Positions 26,102 through 30,702 of a stretch of DNA of 30,702 bases are shown in pieces. The DNA comes from a virus (Duplodnaviria > Caudoviricetes). A program made the translations under genes and the position numbers. The notes below the pieces were generated by a model. The model did no database searches, was not told the DNA's origin, and was given only the letters and a program-made list of their open reading frames with translations. Every line of letters starts with the position of its first letter. The stretch's first letter is position 1. Where the stretch lies: positions 1 to 30,702 of the IMG/VR virus record IMGVR_UViG_3300017747_001564. The stretch is one strand, 5' to 3'.

Positions 26102-26242
26102 GAATGGGCATTCGAGGGTTTTAGGTGTTGGGCTACCCTCAAACTCTAGATGCGCTCAGATCGGCTTAAAACGGCTCCTAGGGCATAGTGCACGAAAGAC
26201 ACACTTTTTGTGTCAGTATCCACAGGTGACATATAAAGTGTG

Positions 26243-26272
26243 TTGACCTAACCCTCAAACACCGGCTAAGGG
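26243..26272 (+). promoter_or_regulatory. early promoter candidate
   Basis: TTGACC-18 nt-TAAGGG (GCTAAG context), ~30 nt upstream of the first early gene, which has a strong AAGGAG RBS. Confidence 0.5.
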
Positions 26273-26303
26273 TCAATCTCAATCAAAGAAGGAGCACACA
26301 GAC

Positions 26304-26645
26304 ATGACCATCTACGTGATCACCAGCCGCTACACTTGGGGCGACACCGAATGCGAAACCATCATGGAAGTGACCGACCGCGCCGATAGCGCCGAATTCT
26401 ACCGCGAACATTTCCACGTCACTGAAGAACCCACCGCCAGCGCGGACGAGCTGCTGCGCGTTGCCGATCTGAACGAATGGCTTCACGACAACTACAACGC
26501 AGGGGCGCACTGGATTGTCGAGACGATGCCCGACGTTCGCCATGTTGTCGAACTGCGCCGCCAAACGCCCGGCGAATATCGCGTCGCACTGGAGCGCCGC
26601 TGGCGCGACATGGACGACTACGCCGCCGACATCCGCGCCGCCTAA
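26304..26645 (+). CDS. early hypothetical protein, acidic (113 aa)
   Basis: AAGGAG RBS; followed by a terminator-like hairpin. Confidence 0.8.
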   Translation: MTIYVITSRYTWGDTECETIMEVTDRADSAEFYREHFHVTEEPTASADELLRVADLNEWLHDNYNAGAHWIVETMPDVRHVVELRRQTPGEYRVALERRWRDMDDYAADIRAA

Positions 26646-26656
26646 CCACCAAGATC

Positions 26657-26691
26657 GGGGCGGCGGACGCAATTGCGCCGCCCCTGTTTGT
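26657..26691 (+). terminator. probable intrinsic terminator/attenuator
   Basis: GGGGCGG..CGC-AATT-GCG-CCGCCCC followed by TGTTTGT. Confidence 0.55.
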
Positions 26692-26708
26692 CAAAAGAGG
26701 AAACAAAC

Positions 26709-27047
26709 ATGCCGAACACTCTCACTCAATACGCCACCACTGGCGAGGCGCGCGTTGCGCGCAAGCTGGTCAAGGCCGCGCTGGCGGCTGGCTACACAGT
26801 TAGCGTCAACGATGGCGGAGAATGGACGGTCAAGCGTTCCACCCGCGAAACGGAAATTCTCGACGCACTGGCCACGACTGACGAAGACCGGCTACTGCTG
26901 CGCGCGCCGACCGCCAACGATATCGGCGATATCATCGGTTCGTTCTGGCTGGTCTACGGCAATGATGAGAGCGGCGAGGAACTCATCAGCGACCACACCG
27001 ACAACGACATCTGCGACCGGCTCTATCGCGCGGCGCACGGAGCCTAA
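26709..27047 (+). CDS. early hypothetical protein (112 aa)
   Basis: GAGG RBS before ATG at 26709; globular-looking, acidic C-terminus. Confidence 0.8.
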   Translation: MPNTLTQYATTGEARVARKLVKAALAAGYTVSVNDGGEWTVKRSTRETEILDALATTDEDRLLLRAPTANDIGDIIGSFWLVYGNDESGEELISDHTDNDICDRLYRAAHGA

Positions 27048-27050
27048 CCC

Positions 27051-27122
27051 ATGCCCTTTGAAGCCTTCGTAATCCTTGTGATCGCGGCGATGTGTTTCGT
27101 CGCCGCGTATCGCGCCGACTGA
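27051..27122 (+). CDS. 23-aa single-TM peptide
   Basis: MPFEAFVILVIAAMCFVAAYRAD; GGAG RBS; fills the gap. Confidence 0.5.
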   Translation: MPFEAFVILVIAAMCFVAAYRAD

Positions 27123-27145
27123 CATCGACACAGGAGCAACTGACC

Positions 27146-27331
27146 ATGCACACCTACATCGTCGCCCTATGGAACCCTGAGGATGGCGAGGCCTATCTCG
27201 CCGCTGATGGCACCACCACAGCCTGCGAGGCTTGCGCCGCGCGCTATACAGATATCAACCACGCCGAAGCCGCCGCCGAACGTATCGTGCGCGATGGCTG
27301 GGCCTACGCGATAGAAGAGGACGAACTGTAA
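27146..27331 (+). CDS. early hypothetical protein, acidic (61 aa)
   Basis: AGGAG RBS; TAATG overlap with the next gene. Confidence 0.75.
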   Translation: MHTYIVALWNPEDGEAYLAADGTTTACEACAARYTDINHAEAAAERIVRDGWAYAIEEDEL

Positions 27332-27585
27332 TGACATACAAACCAACCCATGATCGCACCGACTGGCGCGCGCTCTCGACCAAGACTCTGATCGAAGCGG
27401 CGCGGGATTGCCCCAACGAATTGGCCATCGCCCTAGGCGAACGGCTGGAGGAACTGGAAAACGCTGAGATGGAGAACTTCGACCTGCGGACGCAGGTGGA
27501 AGAACTCGACCAGCGCGTCGATTGGCTGACGGGCGAACTGCAAGCCATCGAGAACGCCATGCATGACGCGCAATCTGACGCATGA
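27331..27585 (+). CDS. early coiled-coil protein (84 aa)
   Basis: GAGGA RBS; heptad-like 'LGERLEELENAEMENFDLRTQVEELDQRV'. Confidence 0.75.
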   Translation: MTYKPTHDRTDWRALSTKTLIEAARDCPNELAIALGERLEELENAEMENFDLRTQVEELDQRVDWLTGELQAIENAMHDAQSDA

Positions 27586-27650
27586 TCGCCGTCATTATAG
27601 GGCTGGCGCTGCTGGCGCTGGCCATCATCTGTGAGGAGTTAGACCAATGA
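27582..27650 (+). CDS. 22-aa single-TM peptide
   Basis: MIAVIIGLALLALAIICEELDQ; ATGA overlaps at both ends. Confidence 0.6.
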   Translation: MIAVIIGLALLALAIICEELDQ

Positions 27651-27847
27651 CTGTCCCATTCGAAACCGTGATACTGATCGTGGCCGCCGCAGGCATCCTG
27701 CAAGCCGTCACTATGATGCTCTGGCACATGGAGGCGCGCGCCCTGCGCGACCACGCGGCGCTCTTGAACCAACGATACGAACACCTGCGCAGCATCAGCC
27801 ACCGCCGCGACCGGCGCACGGGACGGCTGCTGCGCTTGGGGGCGTGA
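27647..27847 (+). CDS. small membrane-anchored protein (66 aa)
   Basis: GAGGAG RBS; N-terminal TM, C-terminal 'RDRRTGR'. Confidence 0.75.
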   Translation: MTVPFETVILIVAAAGILQAVTMMLWHMEARALRDHAALLNQRYEHLRSISHRRDRRTGRLLRLGA

Positions 27848-27851
27848 CGCC

Positions 27852-27977
27852 ATGATACCCGCCGCACACCTCGACCGCTGGGCCGAGACGCAGGCCGACT
27901 ACATGGCCGAGATACGCCGCCGCGCATGGATGCGTGAGCATATGCCAGAGATGATTGATGAGGGAGAGGACTGGTGA
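27852..27977 (+). CDS. hypothetical protein (41 aa)
   Basis: MIPAAHLDRWAETQADYMAEIRRRAWMREHMPEMIDEGEDW; GTGA overlap with the next gene. Confidence 0.55.
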   Translation: MIPAAHLDRWAETQADYMAEIRRRAWMREHMPEMIDEGEDW

Positions 27978-28183
27978 CCGAGGAACTGATTAAGCGACTG
28001 CGGGAAGATGATACCGATCCGGTTATGCTCAAAAAAGCCGCCGACACCATCGAAGCCCAAGCGGCGGAGATCAAGCGGCTGCGGGAGGCGTTGAGCGACA
28101 TCTTGACACGATTTGAACCGTGGTCGCCGCACGACTACATTGCCGACAAAGCGGCCCGCGCCGCACTGGGAGAGACAGAATGA
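27974..28183 (+). CDS. hypothetical protein (69 aa)
   Basis: GAGGA RBS; 'ELIKRLR...AADTIE...AEIKRLREAL...ARAALGE' pattern common in phage early genes. Confidence 0.75.
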   Translation: MTEELIKRLREDDTDPVMLKKAADTIEAQAAEIKRLREALSDILTRFEPWSPHDYIADKAARAALGETE

Positions 28184-28458
28184 CCGACAAGCAAACACCG
28201 CCCGACTGGGTGCTGATCGAAGCTGGGAAGCGGAGCGAATGGGACAACACCGTTGGCACTCTGCGCAGTTACTATGAAAACTATGGCACATTCCGATCAC
28301 TCTGCGACATGATCGAACGCTACGAGCAGCCGCCACCAGATCGCAAGCTGCTGTGCGCGCGTAGAGCGGCTAAAGAGTATGGATACGATCCGGGGGACTT
28401 AGCTGATGACGCTTGCCGCCTCGCTATCGAACTTTGGATTGAAGGATATGGGGAATGA
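28180..28458 (+). CDS. hypothetical protein (92 aa)
   Basis: GGAG RBS; ATGA overlaps. Confidence 0.7.
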   Translation: MTDKQTPPDWVLIEAGKRSEWDNTVGTLRSYYENYGTFRSLCDMIERYEQPPPDRKLLCARRAAKEYGYDPGDLADDACRLAIELWIEGYGE

Positions 28459-28685
28459 CAGCACCGAAAGTCAACTGGTCGGAGAAAGATCAATTCTACT
28501 GGCTGCGCGGTGCCTTTGACGAGGTGCTGACGTTCGACAGTGTCCTCGACGCGCAGGCCGCCGCCCGCCAGATCGAAATCGACAACGCCGTGAAGGCGCG
28601 AGAGGCGCTGATCGCAGAGTGGATGCGCAAGCACGGGATGCGGCAGACGGCCATGATGCTTGAGAAGGGAGAACACCTGAAATGA
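28455..28685 (+). CDS. hypothetical protein (76 aa)
   Basis: ATGA overlaps at both ends. Confidence 0.7.
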   Translation: MTAPKVNWSEKDQFYWLRGAFDEVLTFDSVLDAQAAARQIEIDNAVKAREALIAEWMRKHGMRQTAMMLEKGEHLK

Positions 28686-28885
28686 CCACTGACACACTGA
28701 CCGACCTTGACGTGCTGAGAGACGCCGTGGAGGCGCTGCGGGAGCATGAACAGCTACGGCTGGCTCTTAGAGCCTCAGACCAGCGCCTGCGCACGCTATG
28801 CCGCGCCTACGACCGCACCGGACACGTCTGGGGCACAGCGCCAGAGCATCTGCGCCGCGCCTGCGAAGTGCGAGGGATGCTGTGA
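28682..28885 (+). CDS. hypothetical protein (67 aa)
   Basis: GGAG RBS; ATGA overlap. Confidence 0.7.
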   Translation: MTTDTLTDLDVLRDAVEALREHEQLRLALRASDQRLRTLCRAYDRTGHVWGTAPEHLRRACEVRGML

Positions 28886-29019
28886 CCCGTCAACTCAACC
28901 CCCACCCGCAAGCCATATGGTGCGACCACTGCCGCGCGGACATCGCACCGGCAGGCGTGCGCGGCTGCCTGCGCACCGAATGCCAATCAAAAGCCAAACT
29001 GAAGGAGCAAGAACGATGA
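28882..29019 (+). CDS. small Cys4 zinc-finger-like protein (45 aa)
   Basis: GTG start overlapping the upstream stop; 'WCDHC...GCLRTEC'. Confidence 0.55.
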   Translation: MTRQLNPHPQAIWCDHCRADIAPAGVRGCLRTECQSKAKLKEQER

Positions 29020-29162
29020 ACGACCAACGCACAAAAAATCCCCCGCACCACAACCCGCGCACGCACGGGCGCTATCTGACGGACGAAAGCTATATTTTGG
29101 AGCGTGCGGCAAAACAGACGGAGCAAGATCAATGCGCGCCATTCGTTACAACTGCCGCATGA
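29016..29162 (+). CDS. hypothetical protein (48 aa)
   Basis: AAGGAG RBS; ATGA overlap. Confidence 0.55.
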   Translation: MNDQRTKNPPHHNPRTHGRYLTDESYILERAAKQTEQDQCAPFVTTAA

Positions 29163-29323
29163 CATACGTCACGCCCTACGGCCATCGCCGCACAGCTAGC
29201 CTGCCAACGCTGGCGCACACACCCGACGAAGCCGGACGCATCGCAGAGCGGCTGCTACGCGGCGACAAGCGCCGCCGTGTGGCCCACATCGACGACTGTC
29301 AGGTGATCCGCGCATGGCGTTAG
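29132..29323 (+). CDS. hypothetical protein (63 aa)
   Basis: GGAG RBS before ATG at 29132. Confidence 0.6.
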   Translation: MRAIRYNCRMTYVTPYGHRRTASLPTLAHTPDEAGRIAERLLRGDKRRRVAHIDDCQVIRAWR

Positions 29324-29505
29324 GAAGACCGCCGACCTATCCGCTGCGCGACATGGCCCTAGGCGATAGCATCACCCTACCAGCACCCACACCCGCCGAC
29401 AGCAAGCGCATCTGCCGCAACGTGAGCCAATACGGGCTAAGGCACCAACGATACTACCAGTGCCGCACAAGGGACGGCGTAACGACCGTCACGCGCATAC
29501 ACTAA
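29314..29505 (+). CDS. small putative DNA-binding protein (63 aa)
   Basis: 'GRPPTYPLRDMALGDS...VTRI' resembles the widespread small phage 'R..YP...M.VGDS' family; last gene before the terminator. Confidence 0.6.
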   Translation: MALGRPPTYPLRDMALGDSITLPAPTPADSKRICRNVSQYGLRHQRYYQCRTRDGVTTVTRIH

Positions 29506-29554
29506 AAGAAAAGCCCCCGGTCTAGCGGAGTGAGGCCGCAAGACCGGGGGCTTT
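29504..29554. terminator. bidirectional intrinsic terminator between convergent operons
   Basis: AAAGCCCCCGGTCT-A-GCGG-loop-CCGC-A-AGACCGGGGGCTTT; A-tract on the left, T-tract on the right. Confidence 0.85.
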
Positions 29555-29580
29555 ATGCATACGTCAGGAGCAAACTGACG

Positions 29581-30702
29581 CTATGGCTTTACCACACCCC
29601 CGCCTGCGGTTGCAACCTCTTCGACCATGCGGCGAAGTTCGCTCTTGCTGTATTTCTGCGCCACATCCGGATTGGCAAAGATATGCCGCTTCGTCTGGAG
29701 CGTGGCGCTCGCCACCCGTCCGCAATCCTTCCAGCCGGCTTCCTTGAAAGCGTGCAGCAGCGCCGCCTGCGGCACCTTTGTGCCAGCAGGGACGTAGCCC
29801 GCCGTGATCGTGTCACACAGCTTATGGAACGGCCCTGCGACCACACCCTGCGCGAACGGCCCGACCCGCTGCACCATCAGATCGACAAGGAAGGACTCGG
29901 CAACCGACAGGCCATGCTCGACCATGTTCAGCTTCCACTCAGTGACTGGCGGCGCTGCGGCGGGGTTGAACGCCGTCACGTCGCGCTGCCAGAGCCATGC
30001 CGCGACCTTTTCGAAGCCGCCCGTCTTATACCATGCCCACAGCGCCGGGCCTGCCTCTGGTTCCATGCGCGGCGCGTGCGACCACAGACAGAACCAGCGG
30101 CGATCCTGCGTCGGGATCGTGATCGGCAACGGATCGTTCGTGAAGGCGATCACCTGCAAGCGGTTGAGCATCTCATACGGATGCAGCCCCTTGCGGTTGA
30201 TGGAGATCGTCTCCGGCGGCGCAGCGATGACAGGCTTCAGCTTGTTGGCCAGCGCGCGGCGCTCCCGCGCCTCCGGTTCCTTCAACTCGTTCAGGATGAC
30301 AACCTCGGCTTCCAGACCATAGCCCCACTGGCTGTCCAGACCGCCCGTCTCAATGATCGACCTGTTGTGCTGGTGATCGCCGCCAATCGCCCACAGGAAC
30401 GGTGCCCACATGGTGTCCTTGCCCGACCCTTCGTCGCCGCCGTGCAGCACCGCGTGATTGATCTTCACGTTGGGGTGCTGCACCTTGTAGGCCATGACGT
30501 TGAGGACGTGCGCCAACTCGACCTCATTCGGCACCAGCACGCGGCAGTGATCCAGCCACCGCTCCACGTCAGCATCCGTCATCAGATCGGAACCGCTCAT
30601 GTCGGGGCGATGGTTGACCCACCGATTGCCGTAGACCAGCCCGTCACGGGCGACCATCACGTTCTCGCCCGGCGCGAACGTCACACCCGTCAGCGCCTTC
30701 GC
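29581..30702 (-). CDS. primase-associated SF3-like helicase (DUF5906/NrS-1-like), 5'-truncated
   Basis: Frame open to the window edge. 'KINHAVLHGGDEGSGKDT' Walker A, 'VILNE' Walker B, 'INRKG..PY', 'FTN', 'DRRW'. Confidence 0.85.
   Translation of the reverse strand, partial: AKALTGVTFAPGENVMVARDGLVYGNRWVNHRPDMSGSDLMTDADVERWLDHCRVLVPNEVELAHVLNVMAYKVQHPNVKINHAVLHGGDEGSGKDTMWAPFLWAIGGDHQHNRSIIETGGLDSQWGYGLEAEVVILNELKEPEARERRALANKLKPVIAAPPETISINRKGLHPYEMLNRLQVIAFTNDPLPITIPTQDRRWFCLWSHAPRMEPEAGPALWAWYKTGGFEKVAAWLWQRDVTAFNPAAAPPVTEWKLNMVEHGLSVAESFLVDLMVQRVGPFAQGVVAGPFHKLCDTITAGYVPAGTKVPQAALLHAFKEAGWKDCGRVASATLQTKRHIFANPDVAQKYSKSELRRMVEEVATAGGGVVKP

Noticed and set aside
25553-26109. Possible mini-CRISPR array
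   Set aside because: Repeats are short, degenerate, irregularly spaced and in both orientations; no cas genes.
25441-26246. ORF-track calls inside the control region (e.g. 25663-25860 with 'MGVLGH' twice)
   Set aside because: Non-ATG starts or no convincing RBS; the peptide repeat is just the translated 18-bp DNA motif.
29562-29745. AGGAG in a small hairpin followed by an ATG ORF antisense to the helicase end
   Set aside because: Lies just downstream of the + strand terminator with no promoter, and the peptide is uninformative; probably chance.

Overview
This window is most of a high-GC (~60-65%, estimated by eye) tailed dsDNA phage genome with P22-like podovirus architecture. The host is probably an Alphaproteobacterium: the two-component spanins indicate a Gram-negative host, and there are GAAC-N7-GAAC LexA-type boxes and a leaderless sigma70-type promoter. 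Left to right: (1) the end of a + strand replication operon (SNF2-like helicase, small ORF, DUF3310). (2) A ~24 kb minus-strand late operon: terS, inserted HNH-AP2 endonuclease, terL, four small Lys/Arg-rich ORFs, portal, ferritin-like protein, fibre/tailspike genes, scaffold, P22-type coat, decoration-like genes, gp4/gp10-like tail proteins, GNAT-like protein, three ejection proteins, lysis cassette and an HTH-metallophosphoesterase. (3) A ~930 bp non-coding control region (25373-26303). (4) A + strand string of ~16 small early ORFs ending at a bidirectional terminator. (5) The C-terminal part of a minus-strand primase-associated helicase. No integrase, phage repressor, tRNA, rRNA or CRISPR array is recognisable. 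The most notable signals are the LexA-type boxes fused to a repeated phage 18-mer in the control region, a structured promoter/leader in front of the scaffold gene, and the basic-protein cluster between terL and portal. All family assignments come from motif recognition and synteny; no database search was run.
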